From Rhodanobacter sp. (GTDB lineage: Bacteria > Pseudomonadota > Gammaproteobacteria > Xanthomonadales > Rhodanobacteraceae), in contig JBDTBF010000045.1 in assembly GCA_039924175.1 (NCBI GenBank), positions 52,286 through 116,285 of the forward strand: DNA of 64,000 nucleotides. Direction: 5' to 3'. Of the stretch, positions 39,001-49,626 are shown in pieces. Position 1 is the stretch's first letter; each line of letters begins with the position of its first letter. The position numbers and the translations under genes are program-made. A model generated the notes under the pieces. That model was given only the letters and a program-made list of their open reading frames with translations. It was not told the origin of the DNA and did no database searches.

Positions 39001-39474
39001 CTGCATTCGATCGTCGGTCGTGGCAGCTGCTTTCTTATTCGGGTGCCGCGTCATGCAGCGGTTCCGCCCCATCGTCAGAAGGTGCAACGCAGCGGCGGCG
39101 GCGAACAGTTGCCGCTGACCGTGCTGTGCTTGGACAACGACGCCGCCATTCTCGATGGCATGTGCGCGCTGCTGGGTCGTTGGGGTGTGGATTGTCGCGT
39201 GGCGCTGGATGTTGCCCAAGCCGAAGTGGAAATGCGGCGTGGCGGCGTGGACGTGATTCTTGCCGACTACCACCTGACCGACGCGATGGATGGCTTACAG
39301 GCGCTAGACCATTTGCGCGGCGTGGTGGACAAGCTGCCGCCGGTCATCGTGATTACCGCTGATGGCAGCAGCCAGCTGAAACAACGTGCGCGCGCGCTGG
39401 GCTACCCGTTACTACATAAGCCGCTGCGGCCGGCCGCGCTGCGTGCCTTACTGAGTGCGCTGGCACGGCAGTAG
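36016..39474 (+). CDS. crbS: SLC5(SSF)-STAC-PAS hybrid histidine kinase, CrbS/MxtR type
   Basis: N-terminal multi-TM SSF domain (YCSSWTFYG.VG, SIADFI.ARFGKS, CLPRQF), STAC region, PAS (QGISVVD...WNRRY), HisKA ASHDLLQPL, HATPase DSGPG/GLGL and C-terminal REC. Confidence 0.92.
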   Translation: MIDGWLLLMMALLYVGLLFMVAYIGDRYALYTTQTKWRPVIYSLALAVYCSSWTFYGAVGTAARGGLAYLPIYLGPILLFVFGFSLLRRMVRITSQRNITSIADFIGARFGKSHGLAALVAVIAVTAVVPYVALQFHAISMSFGVLGGGPHGAVMLGGVDSAMWCAVLLAVFAILFGARTIDATEHHHGMVLAIAAESLIKLLVFVALAIYAVWKGPGLLASVQLPVKQLHEGLPSGFVVQTMLALCAMFCLPRQFQMGVVECENVDDLKRARWLFPIYMGVISLAVLPIVAAGAALPALRDGIADAWVLTLPMVHGDQGVALLAFVGGFASATGMVIVSSIALATMISNDLVMPALLRIRYLHLEQRSDLSRLVLLVRRVAIIGLSAVAYLYYRVAAGHEFLATTGLLAFVAVVQFVPALLAALYWRGASGYGVAAGLVGGFVVWFYTLLAPTFLHMQHWVNDGPFGLDWLRPHALFGLSGWDPITSGTFWSLLVNVSCLVFISLRFRPSLAERLRAAAFIDANPAIRTGAGDWRGRVAVADLRTIAERIVGERATTRAFTEYNQRHGRVLLGTEVADRALIQYTERLLASAVGAANARRILIGALSGSGLDLAEAMALMDETSQELRFNRELLSTTLENVSQGISVVDAHMLLVAWNRRYLELFDYPEGMVHVGVPVDKLIRWNAELGECGPGEVDEHVAKRIDYMRAGSAHLFRRVRTDGTVIEMLGRALPGGGYVTTYSDVTAYKRAEQALIDTNETLEQRVALRTAELSEALTATAQARQAADAANLSKTRFLAAASHDLLQPLNAARLFTSALRQQPGLDAEASKLAERIDASFRAAEGLLDALLDTSRLDAGSYHPDVGGFALDDLFESLKAQFAVVAEQRGLRLRVVATSLAVCSDPQLLRRIVQNLISNALRYTSRGGVLVGARRDGDEVRIEVWDSGPGVPAEQRSRIFDEFQRLDQPSPWGEKGLGLGLSICDRLAGILGHRLDLHSIVGRGSCFLIRVPRHAAVPPHRQKVQRSGGGEQLPLTVLCLDNDAAILDGMCALLGRWGVDCRVALDVAQAEVEMRRGGVDVILADYHLTDAMDGLQALDHLRGVVDKLPPVIVITADGSSQLKQRARALGYPLLHKPLRPAALRALLSALARQ

Positions 39475-39531
39475 GTATCTTGAGGGCGAACAAATACGCT
39501 GCAGAGCGGTGGACGAAGGGTGCGAATGACT

Positions 39532-40203
39532 TCAATCGTCCCCGTCGGGCATTTGCGGCAAAACTGATTGATCGACAGAAAGCTGGCTAGCCACGAGCGC
39601 CACTTGGGTGCGATTGTTGACACCGAGTTTGCGCATGATGGTGGTCATGTGCGCTTTGACGGTGGCTTCGGATACGCCCAATTCCCAAGCGATTTGCTTG
39701 TTCAGTTGACCGTCGGCAAGCATCGTCATGACGCGAAACTGTTGCGGCGTAAGGGTGGCGATGCGGGCAGCCGCCTCGGCTTCTTCGGCTTTTAGTTTAA
39801 CGTCGCGGCCGACCAACGTATGGGGCAGCCAGACGTCACCATCCAATACGCTGTGGATGGCCGTCACAATGTCGCCCGCCGGGGTTGATTTGGGAATGTA
39901 CGCGGCCGCACCGTGCGCCAGCGCGCGTTGCGCCACGATCGCTTCCTCGTGGCCCGATACGACAATGGTTGGCAGACCCGGATATTGCCCGCGGATGTGC
40001 GCTAACGCCGAGTAGCCACGCGCGCCGGGCATGTGCAGGTCCAGTAGCAACAACTCCGCATCGGGTAACGATTCAATTAAAGCGAGTAATGCCTGCACAC
40101 TGTCGGCACTGTGTACCGTGGCCTGCGGCAACGCGACCAGCACCGCGCGCTCCAATGCGTCACGGAATAGCGGGTGATCGTCGGCGATGAGAATGTCGGG
40201 CAT
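39532..40203 (-). CDS. crbR: LuxR/NarL-family response regulator, CrbR/ErdR type
   Basis: IADDHPLFR, LLDLHMPG, LTPQQFRV...LNKQIA.EL.VSEATVKAH; adjacent to crbS and acs. Confidence 0.88.
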   Translation of the reverse strand: MPDILIADDHPLFRDALERAVLVALPQATVHSADSVQALLALIESLPDAELLLLDLHMPGARGYSALAHIRGQYPGLPTIVVSGHEEAIVAQRALAHGAAAYIPKSTPAGDIVTAIHSVLDGDVWLPHTLVGRDVKLKAEEAEAAARIATLTPQQFRVMTMLADGQLNKQIAWELGVSEATVKAHMTTIMRKLGVNNRTQVALVASQLSVDQSVLPQMPDGDD

Positions 40204-40485
40204 AGGGCGTAGGGCAGTGCTGAGTGGCTTGGTTGAGAAATGAGAGGCGGGTTGGTTCGCCTTTGACCGCAGCTAGTCTCTCATTACTTTCCCTCGCCTG
40301 CTGCACGAAGACCGCTGCGAATGAGAAAGGGGTAAGCGTGCGCGCCGTCCTGAATGGCGTTGGCGTGCCTCTTTCCTCTCTGTCCGCACGGAAACCAAGG
40401 CCAAAAAAATGAGCAGCAGCGCCGAACTGGCCGCCACCACTCACTTCTCGCCTTCACCCCTGCAAGCTTCGGCTCGCACAAACAC

Positions 40486-40537
40486 GTGAGGAGTGAGCCA
40501 CGACGCGAAACTTGCCGCCGCCACTCACTCCTCACTC
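40486..40537. repeat. Heptamer-based inverted repeat (probable terminator) downstream of acs
   Basis: GTGAGGAGTGAG (40486-40497) pairs with CTCACTCCTCAC (40524-40535). More degenerate copies lie in 40235-40460 and 11277-11398. Confidence 0.7.
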
Positions 40538-40552
40538 ATTTTCTGGTTTCTA

Positions 40553-42493
<1,941 letters not shown>

Positions 42494-42616
42494 AAAGAAC
42501 TCCTGTGGAGAAGCACGAGGCGGTGGCGAAGGCGTCACGCGTTGTGTCGTGTCGGTGTATTGGCGAATGAGTTTGAGTGTAGCGGGATCGCTTTCAAAGA
42601 TTCACCACGGCCGTGG

Positions 42617-42647
42617 TCGACTTTGGTCGAGGTTAGACCAATGTCGA
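42617..42647. promoter_or_regulatory. Tandem CrbR-type binding boxes in the acs/porin divergent promoter
   Basis: TCGAC-TTTG-GTCGA (42617-42630) and TAGAC-CAAT-GTCGA (42634-42647), both GAC-N4-GTC. A candidate -10 TACACT lies on the minus strand at 42576-42581. Confidence 0.8.
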
Positions 42648-42708
42648 ATAGCCGTCCGCAGTGCAGCATGAGCATGCTCGGGCTGTCATCGTATTTGGGG
42701 ATTCGCGC

Positions 42709-44106
42709 ATGAGCGGTCATTTTTTTCGCGGTCACACGGCCATAGCGTTAAGTGTGGCCTGTGCGCTTGCATTGCCATTGGCGGCGCAAGCACAAAGCGG
42801 CACCCACGAGCAGCAGCTTGAGCAGCGCGTGTCGCAGTTGGAACAGCAGTTGCATGAATTGCAGCAAATGGTGCAGGCGCAGGCGGCGAAATCCGCGACT
42901 ACGGCACCGGCACCCAGTGTCGCTTCACAACCGGCGGCGGCGACCTCGGCTACGCCAGCGGCGCCGCCAGTGTTCACCAGTGCTCCGGGTGTTTCGGTGG
43001 CCCTGCATGGTTTCGTCAGTGCTACAGCGTTTAGTCAGAACAAAACATTTGCGTTTGGCAACGGCCAGAACGCGGAATGGCCCGTGGCCGGAAGCAACGG
43101 CTCGCTCAGTGGCGTGGATGTGCGCAACACGCGCTTCTGGCTGGATTTCAAGGGTGCCAAGTTTGCCGGTGATTGGGTCGGCGGCGGCCGTATCGAAATG
43201 GACTTCTTCGGCGGCTTCAATGGTACCGGCGCGTATAGCCAGCAACAGGCGACGCCGCGCTTGCGTCAGGGTTACATGGATCTGACCAATCCGACGACCG
43301 GTACCACCGTTCGTATCGGCCAGCAGTGGGAATTGATGTTCCCCATCGATAACTCGACGACGTCGCTGTCGCACATTGCGTTTCCGCTCGGCTTCGCCGC
43401 CGGCATGATTGGTTGGCGTTTCCCTGGCATCGTGGTGATGCAGGATTTGAACCACGGCAGCAGCGGCGCCAAGTGGCGACTCGACTTGGGTGCGTTTGAA
43501 GGCGCCTGGGCTGGCCCAGGTAACAACGTTAATTTCCTTACGGCCGGTAACGCTGGCTTCCAGCCGCAACTTGAAGCGCGACTGCACGTACAAGATAAGG
43601 ATTGGCTGGCCTATTTCGCCGCGCATTACAGCAAGGTGGATCTGCGTGGCGTGGAGGGCAATACACCAACGCCGATCCAGAGCAGCGTAAAAAGTATTGG
43701 TTATGAAGTGGGCGGGCAGTGGAAGCCCGGTCCGTGGACCTTTAAGGGCGCGGCATATGGCGGCAAAGGCCTCGGTGAGATCTTCGGCGCCATGGCTCAG
43801 TTCGGCGACATTAGCGAAAGCGGCGGTTATGTCCAGGTGGGTTACAACTTCACACCGCATTGGTCCGCTTATGCCTTCTATGCCGCCGCGCGGCCAGACA
43901 AGCAGGACGTGATTACGTGGAGGGGGCATGGCTCGAGTGGCCTGCTGCGGAATGATCAGTCCGCGTTGAGTCTGCAATACGCCGCTGGTGCTTACGCCTT
44001 CAGCATGGAGTGGATGCACGACAAGCTGAACTCCACTACTGACGGTGTGACTAGCAAGACTAGTAGCGGCAATCAAATGAGCCTGAATGCGATCTACCAC
44101 TTCTAA
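42709..44106 (+). CDS. Outer-membrane porin with N-terminal coiled coil (DcaP-like)
   Basis: Signal peptide, coiled coil LEQRVSQLEQQL, Pro/Ala linker, RNTRFW, IEMDFFGG, PRLRQGY, IGQQW, beta-strand pattern and C-terminal F. Confidence 0.82.
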   Translation: MSGHFFRGHTAIALSVACALALPLAAQAQSGTHEQQLEQRVSQLEQQLHELQQMVQAQAAKSATTAPAPSVASQPAAATSATPAAPPVFTSAPGVSVALHGFVSATAFSQNKTFAFGNGQNAEWPVAGSNGSLSGVDVRNTRFWLDFKGAKFAGDWVGGGRIEMDFFGGFNGTGAYSQQQATPRLRQGYMDLTNPTTGTTVRIGQQWELMFPIDNSTTSLSHIAFPLGFAAGMIGWRFPGIVVMQDLNHGSSGAKWRLDLGAFEGAWAGPGNNVNFLTAGNAGFQPQLEARLHVQDKDWLAYFAAHYSKVDLRGVEGNTPTPIQSSVKSIGYEVGGQWKPGPWTFKGAAYGGKGLGEIFGAMAQFGDISESGGYVQVGYNFTPHWSAYAFYAAARPDKQDVITWRGHGSSGLLRNDQSALSLQYAAGAYAFSMEWMHDKLNSTTDGVTSKTSSGNQMSLNAIYHF

Positions 44107-44341
44107 ATTGGGAAGAGGTATTCGGGCGGGTTATCAGCAGGTAAGCAAGGTTTCCGGTGCGCGGCGTAGCAGTTCACTAGCACTGCCTGCGCCGCAGTTT
44201 TCGCGCACCAGTGCAGCCGCTTCGGTGGCGATCGATGCAAGACCTTGCCGCTGGTAGATCCGGCGGATACCGGTGGGAATAGTGAGGTTGGGGATCACTG
44301 GGGATGTTGTGTCATTACGCGTTTCGTTGAGGAGTTCGGTC

Positions 44342-45772
44342 ATGAACAGGTATTTATCCAAGTGTATTGTCAGCGCGCTTGCACTGGCGCTATCGACCGT
44401 CGCCATGGCGGCGGTGCCCGCGGCCACCCAGGGTTTACAACCTACGCCGGAGCAGTTTCCATCAAAGTTCGGCAGCATGACGTTCCCGACGACGTTCCCG
44501 GCCGGTACCACGCTCACCATTACGCAGTGGAGCCATTTCGTACCGCGTTACGACAAATGGTTCGACCAGTACGCGCAGGAGTGGGGCAAGAAGAATGACG
44601 TCAAGGTGACTGTGCAACACATCAACTTGGCGGACTTGGGCTCGACCCTAGCGGCGTCCATCGCGGCCGGCAAGGGCTCCACGCTATTTGAGACGGTGTC
44701 GACGCCAGCATCGTTTGTTGAAGGCTTGCAAGATCTAACCGACGTGAACCATGCGGCGGAGCAGGCGTTCGGTAAACAAGAGGAGGTTTGCTCCAGTCAA
44801 ACCTACTTACCGAACAAAAAAATGTTCTACGGCTACTGCCATGGCTGGGTGCCAGACCCGGGTGATTATCGGGTGTCGCTGTGGAAGGATGCCGGCTATC
44901 CGAATGGACCGAAGACGTATGCCGACCTTGCCGCCGGCGGCGCAAAGATTTTCCAGAAAACCGGTATTCCTGTCGGCGTGGGTATGTCGCCAGAACTTGA
45001 CTCCGAATTCTATGCGCGTTCGCTGATCTGGTCGTTTGGTGGCTCGCTATTCGACAAGTGCGGCAACGTCGCGCTGGATTCGCCGCAGGTACTGCAGGCG
45101 GTTCAGTACCAGACCAGCTTATTCAAAAACGCGCTAACGCCAGAAGTGTTTGCGTGGAATGCGGCATCCAACAACCAGGCCTTCATCTCCGGCCAGGCGT
45201 CGTACATCCAAAACTCCATTTCGTTTTACCGCACGGCGCAGCGCACCAATCCCAAGGTGACCGAAGACACTGGGTTCAGTCCCGGCCTTAAGGGCCCGAC
45301 CGGTCAAGTGCATCAAACCTCGCATGTCTGGCTGATCTACACCTTGCCGAAGTACGTGACTGACAAGCAGCAAACGCTGGCCGCAAAAAAGTTCTTGCTC
45401 GACCTCACGGCGAACGCCAGTTGGGGCACTTACGAGAGTGAGCTGTATGACTTCCCCGCGTACAGCAAAGCGGTACCGCAGCTGTGGGCAAAGGGTGGTT
45501 GGCTAGATCACGATCCGTTTGGCTCGACACCGCCCAACAAGCTCGAAGTGCTGCGCAATGCAGCGACGTGGACCGCGTGGCCAGGCTATCCGGGCTCGGC
45601 CAATCCGGCGGTGAGCGAGGTCTACAACACGCATCTGCTGTCCACAATGATGTCGCAGGCGGCACGCGGTGAGAAGACACCGGCGCAAGCGGTCAAGGCA
45701 ACGGCGGGTCAGATCGGCAATATCGTCGCCAAGTGGAAAGCCAAGGGTTACATCGGCTGTCCGGCTAACTGA
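44342..45772 (+). CDS. ABC transporter solute-binding protein (SBP_bac_1/8, sugar-family)
   Basis: Sec signal, QWSHFVP.YD.WF, WKDAGYPNGP.TY, NNQAFISG; GAGGAG RBS before the ATG at 44342. Confidence 0.88.
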   Translation: MNRYLSKCIVSALALALSTVAMAAVPAATQGLQPTPEQFPSKFGSMTFPTTFPAGTTLTITQWSHFVPRYDKWFDQYAQEWGKKNDVKVTVQHINLADLGSTLAASIAAGKGSTLFETVSTPASFVEGLQDLTDVNHAAEQAFGKQEEVCSSQTYLPNKKMFYGYCHGWVPDPGDYRVSLWKDAGYPNGPKTYADLAAGGAKIFQKTGIPVGVGMSPELDSEFYARSLIWSFGGSLFDKCGNVALDSPQVLQAVQYQTSLFKNALTPEVFAWNAASNNQAFISGQASYIQNSISFYRTAQRTNPKVTEDTGFSPGLKGPTGQVHQTSHVWLIYTLPKYVTDKQQTLAAKKFLLDLTANASWGTYESELYDFPAYSKAVPQLWAKGGWLDHDPFGSTPPNKLEVLRNAATWTAWPGYPGSANPAVSEVYNTHLLSTMMSQAARGEKTPAQAVKATAGQIGNIVAKWKAKGYIGCPAN

Positions 45773-45796
45773 GCTATCGCGCAATAGGAAAGATTC

Positions 45797-46828
45797 ATGG
45801 CAACGCTTGAGCTACGCGGCATAAAAAAGAAGTACGGCAGTATCTATGCCGTAGATGGCATCGACCTTGCCATCAAGGAGGGGGAGTTCCTGGCGATCTT
45901 AGGACCGTCGGGGTGTGGCAAAAGCACCACCATGCGCATGATCGCTGGCTTGGAAATGCCCACGGAGGGAGACGTGTTGATCGGTGGCAAGACGGTCACA
46001 CAGCTCCCGCCGCGCGAGCGCAATGTGTCGATGGTGTTCCAAAGTTATGCGCTGTATCCGCATATGACCGTGACCGAAAACATCGCGTTTCCGCTGAAGG
46101 CACGTGGTGTGCCGAAAGCGGAGCGCGAGGCCAAGATCAAGTGGGCCGCCGGCATGCTCGGCATCGAACCTTTGCTACAGCGCAAGCCGGCGCGACTATC
46201 GGGCGGCGAAAAGCAAAAGGTGGCCTTGGCGCGTGCGCTGGTGCGTGATCCGGAGCTGTTTATTTTCGATGAACCGCTCAGTTCGCTGGATGCGCAAGTG
46301 CGCACCATGGCTCGCAGTGAGTTGCGCTTGCTGCACGATCGCACCGGTGTCACCACGGTGTATGTCACGCACGATCAGCTGGAAGCGCTTGGCATGGGTG
46401 ACCGCATTGCAATCATGCAGCGCGGTCGCGTGCGCCAGTTGGGCACGCCGAAAGAGTTGTACGACCACCCGGCCGATACCTTTGTGGCCGGCTTTCTGGG
46501 TTCGCCACCGATGAACCTGCTAACGCGAGACGGCGAGATCATCGGGTTCCGTCCGGAACACGTCTTGCCAGCGCTACCGGGCGCCGCCAGCGACAATGCG
46601 TTCGCCTTGCCAGTGCGCATCCAGCGGATGGAGTTTCTTGGTGCCGATTGGCTAATTTACGGACTATTTGAAGGCGCTGCACTGGAGGAGAAGATTCTAT
46701 CCAAGGTACCGCCAGCGGTTGCGGCCACGCTACAGGAGGGTGAGCTGTACGAGTTTCGTGTCGAGCGCTCGCACTTGCGCTTCTTTGATCTGAAAACGGG
46801 CTTGCGAGCTGATCATGGCTCACACTGA
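45797..46828 (+). CDS. ABC transporter ATP-binding protein (MalK/UgpC family)
   Basis: GPSGCGKST, FQSYALYPHMT, LSGGEKQ, FDEP, YVTHDQ, GSPPMN and TOBE tail. Confidence 0.93.
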   Translation: MATLELRGIKKKYGSIYAVDGIDLAIKEGEFLAILGPSGCGKSTTMRMIAGLEMPTEGDVLIGGKTVTQLPPRERNVSMVFQSYALYPHMTVTENIAFPLKARGVPKAEREAKIKWAAGMLGIEPLLQRKPARLSGGEKQKVALARALVRDPELFIFDEPLSSLDAQVRTMARSELRLLHDRTGVTTVYVTHDQLEALGMGDRIAIMQRGRVRQLGTPKELYDHPADTFVAGFLGSPPMNLLTRDGEIIGFRPEHVLPALPGAASDNAFALPVRIQRMEFLGADWLIYGLFEGAALEEKILSKVPPAVAATLQEGELYEFRVERSHLRFFDLKTGLRADHGSH

Positions 46829-47750
46829 ACCCGCGGCACGCACTCGCATCGGTGACCGTGAAGGTCTGCTGGGTACGCTGATGGTGGCGCCGGCGTTTCT
46901 CTATATCGCGGCCTTGGTTGGCATCCCGTTCTTTCTCGCCATTGCGCTCAGCATGAGCAGTGCAACGATTGGCGACCCTAGCATTCACGGCTTTGTCGGT
47001 CTATCCAATTTCACCGCTGCCGTGCACGAACAAGCTTTTCCGATGGCGTTGCGCAATAGCATCATCGTCACCTTCAGCACGCTGGTGCTAACGCTGATAT
47101 TTGCTACGGCGGAATCCGAGTTGTTGGTACACGATTTCCGCGGCAAGTGGTTGCTGCAAATCTTGCTGATCTTGCCGTGGGCCATGCCGGTATCGCTGGC
47201 CTCAGTGGATTGGTTGTGGCTGCTGGATTCCGAATTCAGTCCGGTTGATTGGCTGCTGCGGCAAGTGCATTTGCTGGGGCCTGGAACCGTGTGGGGTCCA
47301 GCGAACCATTTGTATTACTACGGTAAGGAATGGCTTGGACTTGGCGCTATCACCGTCATCAACGTGTGGCGGCTGTTGCCACTGGCCACCATCATCGTGT
47401 TGGCCGGACGCACCGCGATTCCGCACGAGATTTTCGAGCAAGCACAGGTGGATGGCGCGGGCTTTTTCCGCACTTTGTTTCGCATCACCATTCCGGCGTT
47501 GCTGCCGCTACTAGTGGTTGCTGGCATGTTCACCGCGCTGCTGGTGTTTGGTGACATGGCGGTGGTCGCGCTGACGACACGCGGCGGCCCGGGTTATGCC
47601 ACGCAGCTGCTGCCGTACTGGGCTTACTTGAAGGGTATTGAAGGTGGCGCGCTAGGTGAAGGCGCAGCCGTGGCGTTGTTTATGTTCCCGGTGTTGCTGG
47701 CCGGCGCGATCTTGGCGCTGCGGATGGCTTACCGATCTGAATCGAATTGA
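46815..47750 (+). CDS. CUT1 ABC permease (MalF/UgpA-like)
   Basis: FVGLSNF, LILPWAMP, and EAA-loop variant EQAQVDGA. Confidence 0.9.
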   Translation: MAHTEPAARTRIGDREGLLGTLMVAPAFLYIAALVGIPFFLAIALSMSSATIGDPSIHGFVGLSNFTAAVHEQAFPMALRNSIIVTFSTLVLTLIFATAESELLVHDFRGKWLLQILLILPWAMPVSLASVDWLWLLDSEFSPVDWLLRQVHLLGPGTVWGPANHLYYYGKEWLGLGAITVINVWRLLPLATIIVLAGRTAIPHEIFEQAQVDGAGFFRTLFRITIPALLPLLVVAGMFTALLVFGDMAVVALTTRGGPGYATQLLPYWAYLKGIEGGALGEGAAVALFMFPVLLAGAILALRMAYRSESN

Positions 47751-47760
47751 TGGGCCCGGC

Positions 47761-48582
47761 ATGAAAAAAATATTACGTAAAGCAGGGTTCTATTTCGGAC
47801 TGGCCATGTTCACCATCTTCGCCGTGTTTCCGGTGCTGTGGATGGTGATCACTGCCTTCAAGGAAGACGGTGATCTCTACAACGTTGCCAATAACCCCTT
47901 TATCTACAACCTGCCACCGACGCTCAAACACATCACGTTTTTGTTCACGGATACCAACTTCCCGCGGTTCTTGTGGAACTCGGCGTTCATTGGTGTGGTG
48001 GTGGTCATCATCACTTTGCTACTGGCGGTGCCCGCGGCGTATAGCCTGGCGCGCCTGGTCGGGCGCTGGGGTGAGCGCTCCGGCATTGCGGTGTTTTTGG
48101 TTTATCTGATTCCGCCGACTTTGTTGTTCATTCCGCTGTATCAGGTCGTCAGCTTTCTGCATGCCACCAACAGCGTGTGGGCGCTGATTCTGGTGTACCC
48201 GACGATTACGGTGCCGTTTTGCACGTGGTTGTTGTTGGGCTTTTTCAAGTCGATGCCACGTGAGCTGGAAGAATCAGCGCTGATTGATGGTTGCAATCGC
48301 TGGCAGGCGTTTATGCGGGTGGCGTTGCCGATGGCCAAGTCCGGTATTGCTACCTGTGTGGTGTTTGCTTTCGCGCTATCGATCAGTGACTACATCTATG
48401 CCGCGGTGTTCGTTAGTTCCACCGCGAGTCGCACGATCAGCGCTGGCGTGCCGACCGAATTGATTCGCGGCGATATTTATTTCTGGCAATCGTTGATGGC
48501 GGCAGCGGCCATTGTGTCGATTCCGTTGGCGGTGGCGTACGGGTTGCTGTTTGACCGCTTGGTGAAAGGCTTCCAAAGCTAA
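47761..48582 (+). CDS. CUT1 ABC permease (MalG/UgpE-like)
   Basis: P.LWM..TAFK, NS, AAYSLAR, and EAA-loop ELEESALIDG. Confidence 0.9.
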   Translation: MKKILRKAGFYFGLAMFTIFAVFPVLWMVITAFKEDGDLYNVANNPFIYNLPPTLKHITFLFTDTNFPRFLWNSAFIGVVVVIITLLLAVPAAYSLARLVGRWGERSGIAVFLVYLIPPTLLFIPLYQVVSFLHATNSVWALILVYPTITVPFCTWLLLGFFKSMPRELEESALIDGCNRWQAFMRVALPMAKSGIATCVVFAFALSISDYIYAAVFVSSTASRTISAGVPTELIRGDIYFWQSLMAAAAIVSIPLAVAYGLLFDRLVKGFQS

Positions 48583-48767
48583 CCAGCGACATAACGCCGG
48601 CGCCTAGCGGCGGCATTAACCACCGCGGGCGGTGCCGGTGGAGCGACGGAGGTGACACGACGGATTGATCGATGGGCAGAGTGGTGCGACACACGGCGAT
48701 GGTGCGTGCTCGCGGCAGCACCAACGCAAACTTAGGGGCGAATGGACATCATTGACGGGAGACTTCC

Positions 48768-49349
48768 ATGACAGAACAAATTAAACCGGCAAATCCTGCG
48801 GCACTAGGCTTGGTGGGCTTTGGACTCACGACGGTCATGCTGAGTTTGATTAATGCTGGCGTCTTGCCGAAAGGCGGCGAGGTGGTGGTATTGCCGCTGG
48901 CTTTTTCCTTTGGCGGCTTGATTCAAATTATCGCCGGCTTGCTCGAGTACAAGAATGGCAACACGTTTGGCATGGTGGCGTTTCTGGCATACGGCGCATT
49001 TTGGTGGTGGTTCGCGTTCCTTGTCGTGCTAGGCACTAACGGCGTCCTCGACTTGACACAAGCGGGTAGCACGATCGCGGTGACCTTGATCGGCTGGGGC
49101 GTGTTCACGCTGTACATGTGGGTCGGCACGTTCAAAACGAACAAGGCGCTGTGGTGGGTTTTCCTGACGCTGTGGATCACCTTCTTCCTGCTTGGCTTTG
49201 GTGACTTGCTTGCCATCGAATCCGTTAAACACGCGGGCGGTTGGGTGGGTCTGCTGTGCGGCTTGCTGGCCATGTACACCAGCTTTGCGATTGTGACCAA
49301 CGAGACCTTTGGGCGGACGGTCGTGCCGGTCGGCTCGCCGATGGCGTAA
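48768..49349 (+). CDS. satP: Acetate uptake transporter, GPR1/FUN34/YaaH (SatP) family
   Basis: ANPAALGL.GF signature, GGLIQ..AG, NTFG..AF..YGAFW; 6 TMs. Confidence 0.9.
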   Translation: MTEQIKPANPAALGLVGFGLTTVMLSLINAGVLPKGGEVVVLPLAFSFGGLIQIIAGLLEYKNGNTFGMVAFLAYGAFWWWFAFLVVLGTNGVLDLTQAGSTIAVTLIGWGVFTLYMWVGTFKTNKALWWVFLTLWITFFLLGFGDLLAIESVKHAGGWVGLLCGLLAMYTSFAIVTNETFGRTVVPVGSPMA

Positions 49350-49626
49350 GGGCGGCGGGTCAAATGAAGAACGGTGTTGCCGGGCGAAAAATCGCTCGGC
49401 AACGCCCGTATGAACGGTGCACTTGCTACCGTTAATCGGCTCCGCGACGGGGCGCTAAATGTCGCTAACAGGTCGCAATGACGTCGAAGTAACGTACAAA
49501 AAAGGGATCAAGCAAGCCGAAGCTCGCGCTCGCGCGTGACGCCCTCACGTGACGCGCCAAAGCATAGCTAGCGGCGGGGCAAATCGCTCAAGCCGAGCGT
49601 AACGATTGAAGCGAAGGAGACGGACC

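Noticed and set aside
42925-44100. 391-aa ORF antisense to the porin
   Set aside because: A shadow ORF from codon bias on the opposite strand, with no domain features.
49530-49560. CGTGA-cgccc-TCACG as a CRP/Clp site before the second acs
   Set aside because: The spacer is 5 bp rather than 6 and the context is GC-rich, so support is weak.
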